Notes under the pieces: model-generated
What the model saw: the letters and a program-made list of their open reading frames with translations, nothing else
The model's database searches: none
What the model was told of the DNA's origin: nothing
Shown here: piece by piece, positions 1-13,452 of the stretch
Numbering within the stretch: position 1 is the stretch's first letter
How the letters are laid out: each line of letters begins with the position of its first letter
Source: Zygnema circumcarinatum SAG 698-1b
Taxonomy: Eukaryota > Plantae > Zygnematophyceae
DNA: 64,000 bases
Assembly: GCA_037447605.1 (NCBI GenBank)
Contig: CM074815.1
Location: 1,178,001 to 1,242,000, forward strand
Direction: 5' to 3'
Made by a program: the position numbers and the translations under genes

Positions 1-120
1 TCCTTGATCACAAGATCTTGATGTTGCTGCTCGTCGGAATGTTCTTGGATACTCCACTCAGCAAGAGAACACATCAGTGGAGAAATTTGACGGCCTCCAG
101 AGAAGGGCTCTGAGGAACCA

Positions 121-3100
121 CTAAGAATTTATTTTCTTCAGCAATTTGGCCCTTAGGGCCGCCACATCATACACATGGTTTGCTACTATCCGCTGACTCT
201 GCACCATCTTCTTCGCGACGTCTTCTAAAGCGTCCATCCCTCCCGCAAGCTTCAGGGACGACCCCGCTCCCAGCTCCCTCAAAAGGGCTCCTGGCGCCAC
301 TTCCCAAGGAAGAGCCCTTGCCCCTTCTCCCTCTATGGAACTAGTTCCGTTAAACTGCGCAGGCTGGAGCACAGTGGACCATGCTGCCACCTCCGCTGCC
401 ACAGGCTGAGCGAGATAGTACTGTAGGAGGGAGCATATGCTGTCAAGGCTGTTGCCTGCAGCTTGTGCCAGCTCCTTCAAGGCCTCCTGCGCCTTCCGAG
501 CAAACATCCCCAATCCTTCTGCTGCTTTATCGACCGCTTTCGTCTTCTTCTTCTGCACAGTCGCATCCTTCAGCGAGCTGTTCCAGTGCCGCAGAAGGAG
601 TCCCAACCATGCCGTCTGGTTCAAAACAAAGGAAGCCAAGCCCCTCATGCCAAGCCCCGTGCCTAGAGCTTTGCTGCCATGGTCTCCCTCCTGTTCCTCT
701 GAATGTGAAGCAACAGCTAAACCTTTGTCCGCCTTGATTGACAAAGCAGTCATTCCACCAGTCCACTCCCTTCCTCCCACGTGGTGTGCCCCATCAATAT
801 TCACTACTGCAGCCTTGCACAAAGTCTCCACTGCCTCTTTCAGGAGCTCCTTGATGCCCATCAGCTGCATAGTGAAGGCATCTCCTGCTGCCATTGCAGC
901 TTCAGGAGTGTGACTTAAGTCGGAAGCCGCATCAAGGAAGGTCGCGGCAGCTGCAAAAAGTTCCGCATCCAGCAGCTCCAATGTGGGCGGCCTCCCTTCC
1001 TGCCATCCCTTCCCCACGAGTTGTGTTAGCCCGGAGCACCTCCAAGACCTACAACATCCGAGGTTGACTTACAGCAACAGGTCTACTCTCTCATACTAAT
1101 CTCTAGCAGCAGGGGTAATACCCAATAACCACATAAAGTGCACCATACCTGCTCCTCCAACCCCAATTTTCCAGGATCTGATAAGGAAGAATGCGGCAGC
1201 GTCGGGTTTAAGCCTGAGAGATGGCTCAGCCTCTTGACCAAATCCTGTAGCTCCTCACCATCCTCACGCTTGCCCCCCTCCAACTGCAAGGCCAATGACA
1301 TCAGTCGTGGAAGCAGGCAACGCTTCGTCACGGCTCGACGCATTTCTTCATGCCTTCGCTTCCATAACGTCTGCAAACCCACATAGTCCTCAAGAGAATT
1401 AGGTTTGGAGTAGTTCCTCTCATCTATTTCTGAAATCCAAGCTTTGAATCCTCTCGACTTACCTCATCCTGCAGCTCATGCCAAGATAGGTTTCTGCCAG
1501 AGCTCTCCCACCAAACGCCTGCATGTGCCCCACTCCCTCCACTACCATGTCTCAAGAGCGGCAGCGGTAACCTCTAATACAGAGCAGTTTTTGTCGATGC
1601 ACATAGCTACTTTGCTTCCCAAAAACAGCCCGCACCAGTTAAAAGATGAAGCTCGGTTGGAGCAGGCCACCACCATCGGCGTGTAGAGAAATCCTCTGTG
1701 AAAACCAACTTCTCCATGTTGCTTTGTGATACCCACTCAAGAGGTGTCTTCCCAAACTTGAGCTCGCCAAGCAGAATTTTAACTTTTTCGGCATTATCTG
1801 CTTCCTCGCTGATGGAGACGAGGTGGCCTTCAATGCGCATGAGGAGGTTGGGATGGGACCTTTGCAGAGTATCTCGAAATTCCACAAACTCCAAAATCTG
1901 ATATACCCTCAAAATCCCATTTCCCGACCGACTCAGGCGCCTCTGCCGAAAGATGGGACTGCTCTATTTAATAATTGATTATCCACTCTAAAGAGTTGTC
2001 TGAAGGTGAAATCAAAGTTCTCAATGCATAAGAGAGAGAGCAGACTCACTTTGCTGTATGTACCATGTCGAAATGCCACACTGGTGAGTTCTGGGGCATC
2101 GCGTCGATGATCGTCATGGAAAGTGTTCATTAGAGTAAACATGGAGCGAACTTCCTGCCAGCGTCCACACTGCAGCAGAGGTCGCAGCACATGGTGGGAG
2201 AGAGTCTCGAGGAGAATGTGCTTCATGTCCATTGTCTGAAAGCTGCCCACTTCTCCCAGCCACGGATGAGCAGGAGACTCACCCCAGCACTTACACAGAG
2301 CAGTCCCAAAACCAAAAAGTCATACGACCGTCCTTCCACAGCCAAGCATGACTGACTTTCGAGAACAATGGCAACACCTGCAAACCTAACGTACACATTC
2401 TCATGGAGACCATCTCTTTTCTATCTTCTTGCGGAGGGCAGAGTGAAAAAGGCAGGCTACTACAATCCTTGAGTGAAATGAGGAGGTTGGCTCACGTTTC
2501 CCATGCCAAGTTAGGGGCTGCGAGCAGACAGTAGAGGCTGATTACAATGAGTTTTTGCTGAGGGTTGAAGCTGCATAATGCCCCTCACCCATCAAGCCCT
2601 AGTCTCAGAAAGCAGGCAAATATAATAGCAACGGAAAGGCAGAAAACAACGATGGGAACGTGGCAAATGTTTCAGCAGCGAATGACGTAAACCGACGGTT
2701 TAGGCTGTTCTCATGATTTGCCCATGTCAGGGCCTACGGGCAGCTGATTAAGGGCTATAGCATGAGAACTATGAGGAAAGTCTTGGTCCAGTCATGCAAC
2801 GTCTCGGTAAAATCTGCTTCAACTATGGTGCACTCATGTCACGCAAGTGTGCCTGAACACGAAAGGTGATTTAAAGTTCTCACTATACAAATAATGCTTG
2901 AAATTTCTAACTTTGTGAATGCCTGATGCACACTGAACATGGGCAGAAGTTCTTGTGAGTTCAACCAGAATAACAGGCTCTACTAGCTATTATTTTTCTA
3001 ATGGCTCACATCGAAAGCTTGGAAGTTACGAGTCAAGAATTTTGGCAAATCATTGAATCCCAAAACCTGAAGAATTTTATTATAACCAGTAACCGTTACG

Positions 3101-6100
3101 GCCTACCTAAACTTGTGTTTCAAATCTTGACACACAAGACAACACACTATAAACAAAATGATTCGTTGCTAACACCGAACAGCAATGCGACATTGTATAA
3201 GAACGTTTGCAAGCACGGAAGCTTGTGAAGGTACGTACGGTCGTTGCCGAAGGCCATGTTCAACAATAAGTACAGCTTCCAATAGGTACGCCTGCAGACC
3301 TGTTCGTGCATGCATCTGCAGTAAGGGAACAGGTCCAATGGTGGCATTAGAATGTATCTCGGAGCCAACAAAGCATCATAATCAAGGTAGGAACCATTCT
3401 CTCAACTTGCCTAGCAATTGTGGGATCTCTTATAAACAAAGAGTCGGACGCTCTTTAGAAGAAGTGCGGAGGTTCACTGATGTGTACAAGCACTCCACGA
3501 ACCACTTCAGCGAACCGATTCAAAATCTAGCTTCAGGGGATGGTGGACTGGAGATTTTTCCTTCTCGAACCTTCAAAGATTGTTTTGGACGACGCAGACA
3601 TCTTAATGTCAGTTACTGGCCCTTTTTTCTACACTCCCAGCACCGACTTGAAAAGCATTTCATCCAAACCTCAGATTGAGACTGATTGAGAGAAACTAAT
3701 TAAGGAAAAAAGCTAAACTTGTGATGATGTATGCAATGAGAATGTAAGAAATAGACAACTATCACCAAGCCATATGCGGAAGCCAAGCTTCCACTATATT
3801 CTCAAGTTTCACCTGTGCACATCTGAAACATGAGCAAAAGAAATAAGGTGAGTAAATTGACCCTTCGTAGCATTTACATTTGCGACATCCTTAACTCCAC
3901 CCCTCACCTCCACCAGACAGTTGGCGACCAAACTCAAGAGTTCAGCTCCAACGCCCTCCTCCTTATAGTCCAGAAGAGCAGACAAAGGAATGCTCTCCTC
4001 ATAGAGCTGCAGCAACCTCTTTCCACGGCTCACGAGATCTGTCACTCCCCGATTCAGGACCATCTCATATCCGGCATCAGTTGACGCATTCCAACAACAA
4101 CACTAGGCAGGCATGCGGGCCAACTTGAGACGAAAAGGATACTGTAAACAACAGCACTAACATGTTCGAAAATTTTTGCAGAGAGTATAAGCTGTTTGAC
4201 AAGCCCCTTTAGGAAAAGAAAGAACACTACCAACCTTCAAGTGTGCCCTCCACGGGCAGGCGCAGGTGCTCGTCCACCTGCATAGCTGCAATTTGTCTCC
4301 TCAGCAACTGCTCCGGTGTATTAGAAGAAGCTACGCAGGCTCCATGCAGGGCTGAACTAAGCCACGAACGGCTATCTCCCTCTACCAGACATGTGTATTG
4401 CAGAACGTCGGAGGCAAAGCTGACCATATACCCAAACCTGCAACGGAGGAAAAATCAGCAGCCTGTCAGGTGAGAACAGGGGCATAGTTTGTGCACTTAG
4501 TTTAACTTCCAGCCCAGACTGAAAAAGTGCTAAGACTACCATAGAGATGATCACGGACGAGGAGTTTGTGAGACCTTGACTCAGGCTACTCACTTCTGGA
4601 AGTAGGCAGCAATAGCCTGAGCTAATTGCGGCGTGCTTTTAGGCACTTCAGCTATTCCCAAGCCATGCTGCATCCTTCTTCTTGCAATCTCCAGCTCCAC
4701 CAGGAACGGCCCTCGCCTTAATCCTGTAGCTGACAGTGACTGCAGGTCCTGCAGAAAAGTCTCCATGACCATAGAAAGCCGCTGCTCAACCTGCCAATAA
4801 AACCGTTGCCTTCAGAAGCGTGAAGATGACCACATTACAGGCGCTTCTAACCACTATGTCATACAGTTCACGAAATCACCATGTACGTAGCCAACCACAT
4901 ACCTTTACCGCCAAACAGAATCTTAATTTTGCTTTTACGGCGGCACGCGCTTCTAAAAAAAAAAATGGTCATATGAATTTACTAGAACTTTCAGAGCACC
5001 TCTTCAATGGAGAGCGGAGAGAGAACTGTCGCAGTCATTTTGCTCTGTGCCTGCATGATCCTCCCCTGTTGTCCATCATGTGCTTTGGCCGAAGGAGGAA
5101 CACATTCTAAGACGGCATCCAAGTAATCCACCAGAGTCGCCCAATCATCAGAGCTGGCCCCAACAGAGTTAACGTGAAGATTTAGATTAGTCAAAGTAGC
5201 GGCCTACTTACCTTGATACATGCACCTGTTGGCAGAAAGGTACAAGTCAATATTCATAGAGACTATAGACTTTCAGACTCTCTTCAGCATAGCAAAGCTG
5301 TTTCCAAATTGATAGTTACCAATCCAACACAAGCTACCGAGTACACGCGACCCAGCCACTAAATGCAAGATTTCAGCAGAACATTTGGGAATCATCCATC
5401 AATGATTCTGATGAATTTGAATTCGAGCGTACATGTCATCTATGTGCAAGAAACGTTATGCTTTTTGAGTGCTTGTAGACGGTGAACTTTCTGCACGTTT
5501 GGAAACACTGGTCAGCGGGCGTACCTTAGAACCAGTACTTCCTCGTAAACCGCACGTGCCTCGCTGAACTGGCCTAGGCGCATAAGCAGATCTGCCTGGC
5601 CCAGGATTCAGACTATAGGCCCAGTTAATCAGCAGATTCGACACTGAAAGGGAAGAGAACTAAAGAAAACCGATAAGAACTTTCCTATCCCAAATACTTA
5701 TCTAGCAGCTGCATTTCACAAGCACTGGCATCAGGAGTGATCCATCACATGCCACTACACGTCAAACTTTTCTTAGCTTCATGCATTTCTCTCAAATGTC
5801 TTAACTAGTGTACACTTGATATTTCTTTTTGCCATGGATGAAGTCTAGATTCGTTTACATGTACAGGAGCAACAACATGTGACACTGTCGCACCTTCAAG
5901 CGGAGGCGATCTGCAGTGATTGTAAAAAGCTGCCCGAGGCTTCCCTCAAGTACCTCCAGGGCAGCGCTATATTTGCCTTGTCTTTGCAGAATATGTAGAT
6001 AGACCAGCACCGCTGCAAAGATAAAATACAATGCAATGAGTGGGTGTGAATGTATGCAAGCAACCAGAGATGATACCCTGTAGGTGCTACCTCCAATTCT

Positions 6101-7724
6101 GATTTATGAATATGACCACCCACCATTTTCCAATCTCTTTGGAAATTTGACTCGAGAAGAAATAAATATAACTGTGTTATTTAGGATAAATCAGCAGTTG
6201 AGACCGTACAAAGCTTCAAAAATGCTTCCTGTACCCAGAGTAATATGGCCCAGGGCTTACACTCATGCTCCTTCAACCCCTGAGCTCCTGCTCGCCTCCG
6301 TAACATTGCTTCCGCCAGTTGCAGGAGTTTGTCTTCCTGATCAGGGTTGCTCCTGACCTGGTTGCCATCAAATGACATTTCATTAACGACTGGACCATGA
6401 ACCAAACGTCTAACTCTCCAAGCATAACTCAGTTTTGTTCCACTCCTATATACCCCTCACTACCACTTGTTTCCTCCCTCTTCAATCCCTCCTCCAGCCT
6501 CTCAGCTTTATCTTTTCCCAAACTCTCTACTTATCTGAATCAAGCCCATCCCCTGACAGCTGATTGCAAGTCCTGTCAGCATCAAGCAGTCTAGAACCAA
6601 GCTAATCATGAACTAGACTGAATCTACATCCTGCAGCTAGCGACTGCACAGTGAACAGACACAACAATCAGCCCCTGCAGGGCATGGCAGCCACCGTAGC
6701 GCACTTGAAGCTCGATGCTGCAGACTGCCCACATCAGAAACTTCTCCTCCCCGAGCTTCTTATAAATTCTTGAAGCAACCTGCAGCCCTGGCCATGCACA
6801 GGCCCATTCTAAAACAGCACATTGAACAAGGAGAGGCTTCGAAACTCTGGAGGTTAAGCATCAAAAGATTGTTCAAGTGCCATGGACAATACGGCTGCTT
6901 CGCCAAAACAGGCAAAGCCAGAAGATGCGGACACCCCGAAGGAAGGAAGGAAGGAAGAAAGCCCCGTATAGTTCACACCTGCTGTTGCTTTACGTAGTTA
7001 TCTTCTCGTAAATAGGCCATAAACAGTGAAACTTCCAGCTCTGCATTTCCGGGATTCTGCTTACACGCATTCTCGTAGCTTTGAGTTGACTCTTCCACTG
7101 CAAAACCCCTCCAGCATGCAAGCAGAGAGCTGCGCGTCTGAGCCAACTGGAAAGTGCTCAACAAACAGAAGTACTTCAGCAGGCAAAGCACGTCACTCCT
7201 ACACGGAATACGAAACATACACTAAAAGTTGATGTACATTCGATAGGTTGAATTCTTACAAGTAGTCCTCTTTCTTGAAACGAGCAAACAAAACCAACAC
7301 TTCAACATGAATTACAGCAACAGGTGCTTAGGGTAAGCCTGACTGAAGGCAAGCACTCAACCATGGCCAAGGCGGTAGAATATCTGGTAAAGGTCGTTCA
7401 GCACGCGCTCATCTGTAGGCATGGCGTCCTTGACCTGGCGACAAATAGCCAATGCTTCCTCCTCCTGTCCCTTGCGCTCTAGAACGAGCGCCTTCAGGAG
7501 CTGCATAGCCAAGCAATCCAATACGATTCAAGCTTCTCAGTATCCAAAACTGTATCCTTCATAACCTAAACATCCGACAGCTCAAAGCAAGGACTAACCT
7601 TCACATGAAGGCTTTCAGGATGCTTCTGCAGGAGCACATTGGCTTGTTTCAGAGCTCCCTTGTAGTTCTTCAGCTCGATCATGTCGTAGAGAGGCCTCAG
7701 CCGCCGCTCCAGTACCGCGTCCAT
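121..7724 (-). CDS. NAA25: NatB N-terminal acetyltransferase auxiliary subunit (NAA25/MDM20), multi-exon
   Basis: Exon 1 reads gccgccATG-MDAVLERRLRPLYDMIELKNYKGALKQANVLLQKHP, the NAA25 N-terminal signature. Later exons include YENACKQNPGNAELEVSLFMAYLREDNYVKQQQ, RRGPFLVELEI and MKHILLETLSHHVL. The last exon is ORF 121-1017 ending KKINS*. Introns are GT-AG; internal boundaries were not all mapped. Confidence 0.9.
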
Positions 7725-7983
7725 GGCGGCTGCCGCGCCTCCTGGTACACTGCCCGGCTGAGGGAGGGAGGGCGGGAAAAGGGCAAGGCAGGGCAGGGCA
7801 GATGAGACGACGGACCTGCCACGTGGCGCGAGCGCGGGGAGCTCCCTGCAGATGACAACAAAAACCAGTTTTCTCCGTACAAACCTAAATAAGGGTTTCG
7901 TTCTTTCGTCGCGATATGACTAGACTAGACTCCACTAGACTACAACTGGCAGACTAGACAGTAAAAACTTTCAGTAAGTCGAC

Positions 7984-8226
7984 TAGTATTAGTCATAGTC
8001 ATAGTTGTAGTCATAAATAGTTATAGTTTTAGTAATAGTCATATCCGTAGTTATAGTCATACTGGTAGTTAAAGTCTTAGTCTTAAGGATAGTCATAAGG
8101 TAGTCATAGCTATAGTCGTAGTCATAATCATAGTCATAGTCATAGTCAGAGTTAAAGTGATAGTTATACTAGTAATAGTCATAGTCGTAGTCATAGTCAG
8201 TCGTAGTCGTCGTCATAGTCATAATC
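7984..8226. repeat. Degenerate (TAGTCA/TAGTCG)n hexanucleotide array
   Basis: About 240 bp of tagtca/tagtta/tagtcg units seen directly, followed by short (GCTC)n and (CATGC)n runs at ~8265-8375. Confidence 0.85.
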
Positions 8227-9061
8227 GTGGAAAGACGGAAACGTTGGGACGCCGTGCAACGTCCTCGGCTCGCTCGCTCGCTCGCTCGCTCGTTCCAACA
8301 TTGTTACGACAGTACGGTATTGTACGGAAGTGCCATCGCCCTCAGTTTCATGCCACATGCCATGCCATGCCATGCCTGGCGAGGGTGGAAGGGAAGCAGG
8401 GGAAACGTATCCTTTGAAACTCCTCTCCACCTACCGCAGCAGCAATTGTTTCCCGCAGTGAAGTTTTTGTTGTTGTACACTGCAAGTGACAACTGCGGAA
8501 TTAAGAGTATTAAATTCCGAACAAGTCCCCCAGGCACAACCCCTACGTTTTGTTGCTGATTGACAAGCCCTGGGGTAGAAGGTCTGCCTCCTTGTGGAAA
8601 CCTGCAGATGACCATTTGCTGTGGATGCCGATTTGATGCATGAGCATTGCTGCTAGGTACATTTTGCGCCATGCTGACATAAAAACTCTATCATGATCAC
8701 GCTGCATAGCAGCTGATATCTCATTGCAGGTGACATAGAAACCATCAATTGGAAAATTATGACGAGAAAAAAATTACAAATGCAAACGGCTCATAAGTAT
8801 TCTCCCTTTTCTGTCTATATCCATTTATTGCAAGAGCAAAGGCGTGCCAGCTGTTGCAACGATTCCTTGAACATTTCATCCTCCACATACACACTCTATT
8901 ACAAAAGATTAAAAAAAATATAAAAAAAAAATTTGATTGTAATTGACTGATTGATTGCAGATTGTAAGATTCACTACAGTAACCAAAACCCAATCAAGCA
9001 ACTACAAAATTGACCTGCCGCCAAGACCCCCCATTTCGGGTTCCTCAGACCCTTCGGCTCG

Positions 9062-12000
9062 TCAAGGGGAGGCAGTGCGGCAGAGGCGAAACTTCGCAAA
9101 AACATATGGATACTGTCTCTGGAAATAATTGCGAAACGAGTCGCGAAGCATCGACGGATGCGTCACAGGAGCGGAGCCTTTCAGGGTGTAATGTTGCCCG
9201 TCGAAAAAGTCCGTTGAATATTCTTCATATTCGGGCATCGCCTGGAAGCCTGGAAAGGGCTCAAAAGTAGAGCTTGTCCATTCCCATCCTTTGTCCCGGA
9301 TGTTTAAAACTTCCTCCCCCTCATCGGAATCCACGATACGTTGATATTCCGCCTCTGTCATGATCCTCGCATCTGCAGCAGAGCAGAAAGCCATGGCTTC
9401 TGACAGACTCACATATACAGGTTGGTCTGCCACCTCCGACCAATGGTGTGAAGAGAAAGGCCCGTGAACGAAGTACTCGCCATTTACAAGAGACCAAGTG
9501 GCCGGAGCAGTGTGATTCCGAGACTGAAAATATTCCAAGTCCTCAGAATCCCACCATTGCCGTTCGCGATATCCCTGCTGCTCCACAATAAAGCGATGAA
9601 ACTCCCCAATGCTAACGGGAGCTACTGAAACAGAGAAAGGCTGCTTTACAGAGGCAGCCATAGGGGGGCCCTCATTGTCCCACTTGAATCCGCCCTCATT
9701 CAGATCCGTTCCTAAGGTGACATCTCCTCCAGGAATGACAACGTAGGACTCCATTGATTTCCCATTGGCTTTTAGAGATCGAGGTCGGATGCCATTTGAA
9801 GGAGGCCCGTTGAAGGAAGCCTTTTGGGCCTGAGCCAACATGTAGCAGAGAGTTTCCTGGTGCATACGCTCATGCTCAAGAGCCATGTTCAACACCCACA
9901 AAGATACCTGCAAATCAAAAGTATTTGTTTAGATATTTGATGCTCCCCTTCTACAATTTCCAGAAAGGGGTTGTTTGGCATACATTTGCAAAAGAGGACA
10001 TTTCGCAATGGTACATTTCACTTCGAACTTATGATGTTCCTAAAACAGCAGCAGCAAACACTAATTCCCTGTGGGAAATCTCTCTCCCTGGGTCAGGAAG
10101 TGGACAACAAATTCAAAGTTCCAACTCATTGGCATGCCCCTTTTTCCTTTCCCTCTCTTTCCTGCTCTCCTTCCTTTACTTCCCAAAGTTCTATCTCACC
10201 TTCTTTTTGGCGATGCCAGTCAGGATCTTGGAGCGAGTGACTGCCACGAAATCAAGAGTCTTTTCCTTTGAAGGCCATTCAGCCGGAGCATCAGGATGAC
10301 TATGGCACTTGGAAGGATCGGTAACAATAGGATCAATACCTCGGGAGAACATCATCTCCATCTCTGAAGCGTTCTCCTTCGGCAATAGCTTTAACTTTGC
10401 AAATGCTGGTAAGTGGCCCCTGTTTCACAAAAGCCACCTACAAAACTTCAGAATAAAGCGGAGAGTATTGCTCTATGCTTTATGCCACTTATTCCTTATC
10501 CTGTTTGAGAGACTGCCTCGCAGCATGATGCTGGGGTTTGTAAGAACATGAACTTTCTTCAAAACAATCACGAAACACTTACGCATAGAAGGAGTACGGG
10601 TGGCGCAATTCGATTGGCCGCAGACTCCAGTCGGGAATTTTGGAAAACAGAGCGTCGGTATCATCCCAGCAGCGGCGCATCGCCTCCTCCGCAGGCAGCA
10701 GCATCTACAAAAGAAGTGGAAGTTGCATCTCCTTAGAAAGTGGAAGCTGGATTAAGGAAAACTGAGATTCGTTGCAGATAATCAACGATTAGCTGGGCCA
10801 GCTATCAAGTTCACCCCTTGGCCTCAGATGCTCCAAAACAGCGAGGCAGTTGCTGGGGGGCTCTCCTCATTCATTCATTCACTCTCCTCTTTCATTCGCA
10901 AAAGGATTTCTCTACGATTTCCAGTACAGATGCTACTGCGGAGCGTAGCCTCACTAACCTGAATACCGTACTTCTTGCTCCGCCAGGCTGCATGTACACA
11001 AAATCCAGATTTCATCGCCATGCGATTTATGTCCCCCACCGTAAACTTACGTGAAACTTCCATAAGGATGCGCTCCCCGGGACTGCAGAGACACACATAA
11101 TGTGAACATTGGCCTTAGCACACAATACCACTCGAACACGTTTTCAAGGAGACACATGCAATGTTTGGCGAAACCACTCGTAAACGAGCGGGGTAGAGGG
11201 CAATGAACCGCATCACTACAGCTACCTCGAAATGACAATCTTGATTACAAGACCTTCTGAACCTGAAAGAAAGATGAACTTACCGAATACAGATGTTTTC
11301 TTGGATCAAGTTCAGGCCATCCGGCAGACGGACCCACATCTCCACTTGCCGAAGCTCAGCATTGACTTCCACCTCATATATCCACCTCGCCTCCTCTTCA
11401 GAGGAAATCTCATATCCGATAGTCCTTAGAGCATTCCGGACACCATTCTTTATGAAGGCTTCCGTAACTCCTTTCTTATCGTGATACGCCTCGTAGAGGA
11501 TTCTCCTGTCTTTCCATAAATCTGCACATCTTAAACACGTATAAGGGACTGCACTTAACACAGCAGAGACCAAAAATACGATGTATTTGATACAATTACA
11601 GACTGTACTTATTCCCTCCCGTAAAATCACTCCTCCCGGCCCCTCTGCTGCAGAAATGAAGAGGTCGAAATGGGATGAAGTGTCAAGATAGAAGGGCCTG
11701 GCTGGTCAGGAATTGAAGAGTAAGCCAGTCCTTGCATGGAAAACACGACTAGGGACTTTAGGCTACTTTGAAGAAGAGTTCAGCGAGCCACATCAGACAA
11801 AATCTCTGATTTCACAAAAAAAAAAGTTGTACCTGTGCAGAGGAGAACTTGCATGTTGGGACCCGCCGCAGCGTCAACGTCCTTAAAGAACTCGATGGCC
11901 TCCTCGTCTGTCGAAACACAATGAAAAGCAAGTTATTCTTCCAATACATCCAAACCACTAAGCAGCACAAACACAGTGCATTCACAGATGTCCGCCCACA

Positions 12001-13109
12001 AATCTCTCCTTCAAAACAAGTCCAGCAACTCCTCCTCTAAACGAGTTAAAAGTTGTGGAAGGACGCTTCGTAGAACATACGAGTAAGATTGCCCACACTG
12101 CTCCCGAGCCAAAGAATGCAGAGAACCTCAGTCGGGAACCTTCGGCGAACTTCCCGCAGGCCTTCAATGTACTCCGCCTCCACCATAGTCATCTGCGCGG
12201 TCTTCATTCCGGGGACCTGCTTCAAAAGGTTCATCCGCGCCTCCGCGAGGAAGGAGGCCGACACATCAATGCCCGCAAATCGGCAGCTGAAACCAAGACA
12301 GCGGGAGAGAAGCAGGTTAGTTGGTTGGGTGCGTACCGAAGAGCCGCAGGGCAGTATGGCATATATTTTCAAATCCGCGAAATTTACTTTCCAAGGATTC
12401 CTGAAGCCTCACTTATGTACATCACAGGCATCAAGAAGTAAGAAGTAATTTACAAATAAAGCTAGAAATTTTGGAAAGGCAAGCGGAACAAAAAGGGAAG
12501 AAAAGTAAAAGGGAAGAAAACTACAACTTCAAATCTTGGAATCTTCTTGACATCCAGCTATACAGCAAAAACTGCAGATAAAAAAGGAGACAAAAGAATA
12601 AAAAAATAGTAATAGAAACAAGCGTCACATCCTACCAAAAAAAGGAAAAAAAAAACAAATGGCCTAGTGACTTGTCAAGTTAGAAAAAAAAAAGGGGCCC
12701 TCGACCAGCGATCAAAGCAAGTCCATTGACTAACCTTACATTTCTTTCAGGAATAAAACAGTTATTAAGCAAAATAAAATCATAAATAAGAAAGAAGAGA
12801 TTCCAGCGCTGACCTTCCGTCCCGGCTGACCAACGCATTCAGAATCGCCGCCGTCTTCCTGGCCGTCCCGCAGCCGAGCTCCACCACCACCGAGCAAGCA
12901 GGCACGTGCGAGACGATGTCCTCCAAATGCTGCTTCAGCATGTTCTCCTCCGCACGAAAAGGATAGTACTCCTCCAGCTCCGTTATCTCCTCATACAGCG
13001 ACGACCCCTTGTTGTCGTACAAATAGCAGAAGGGCAGCGTCCTCGGCGTCATCTTCAGCGTGGCCGCCACATCTGCCAGCGCCTTCCACTCCTCCTCCAC
13101 CGTCGGCAT
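9062..13109 (-). CDS. EGT1: Egt1-type ergothioneine biosynthesis fusion: histidine methyltransferase (EgtD) + DinB + FGE-sulfatase sulfoxide synthase
   Basis: MTase part: LPFCYLYDNKGSSLYEEITELEEYYPFRAE, VELGCGTARKT, LWLGSSVGN, KDRRILYEAYHDKKGVTEAF, GERILMEVSRKFT. A phase-0 splice (YGIQ|MLLP) joins it in frame to RPIELRHPYSFYAGHLPAF, FSRGIDPIVTDPSKCHSHPDAPAEWP and the iron-binding HX3HXE motif EHERMHQE (9854-9874). The C-terminal FGE domain has GWEWTSSTFEPFPGF and FRNYFQRQYPYVFAKFRL. Confidence 0.9.
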
Positions 13110-13130
13110 GGCTGCCTCCTCCCTCCCTCC

Positions 13131-13200
13131 TCTCTCCTTCTCCCTCTCCCTCTCCCTCTCCCTCTCCCTCTCCCTCTCCCTCTCCCTTTCCCTCTCCCTT
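13131..13200. repeat. (CTCTCC)n / (GGAGAG)n purine tract in the EGT1 5' leader
   Basis: About 11 hexamer units immediately upstream of the EGT1 ATG. Confidence 0.85.
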
Positions 13201-13452
13201 CAAGCCTTCGCCTCTTGCCGCACTTCCTGGGCCGCCTAAAGCTTGCAAGGCTCCCTCCCAAAGTCGCAGTGCCGCCCTTTAGCAAGTTCCGAGAAAGCTG
13301 CCGTCCTCCGTAGACGCCCATAGGCCGTACGAAAGGCCTGATCCGTACCTTTCTTTGTACAAATCTGGTACTGTACGGACGGGAGCTTGATGTGCCGCGT
13401 GCATCGGAAGCTTCGTCGAGGTGGATGTACTTACAGCCTAGGGTTCTTATTT

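Noticed and set aside
381-913. Antisense ORFs overlapping host exons (here and in UTP14/ZNF830)
   Set aside because: Shadow ORFs of GC-rich or low-complexity coding sequence.
8304-8672. 122-aa ORF downstream of EGT1
   Set aside because: No recognisable domain or splice support; it may be 3' UTR.
9062-13109. Ovothiol synthase OvoA or stand-alone SenA
   Set aside because: OvoA has its methyltransferase at the C-terminus and SenA lacks a fused EgtD. Here an EgtD-type MTase is N-terminal and the DinB motifs fit Egt1.
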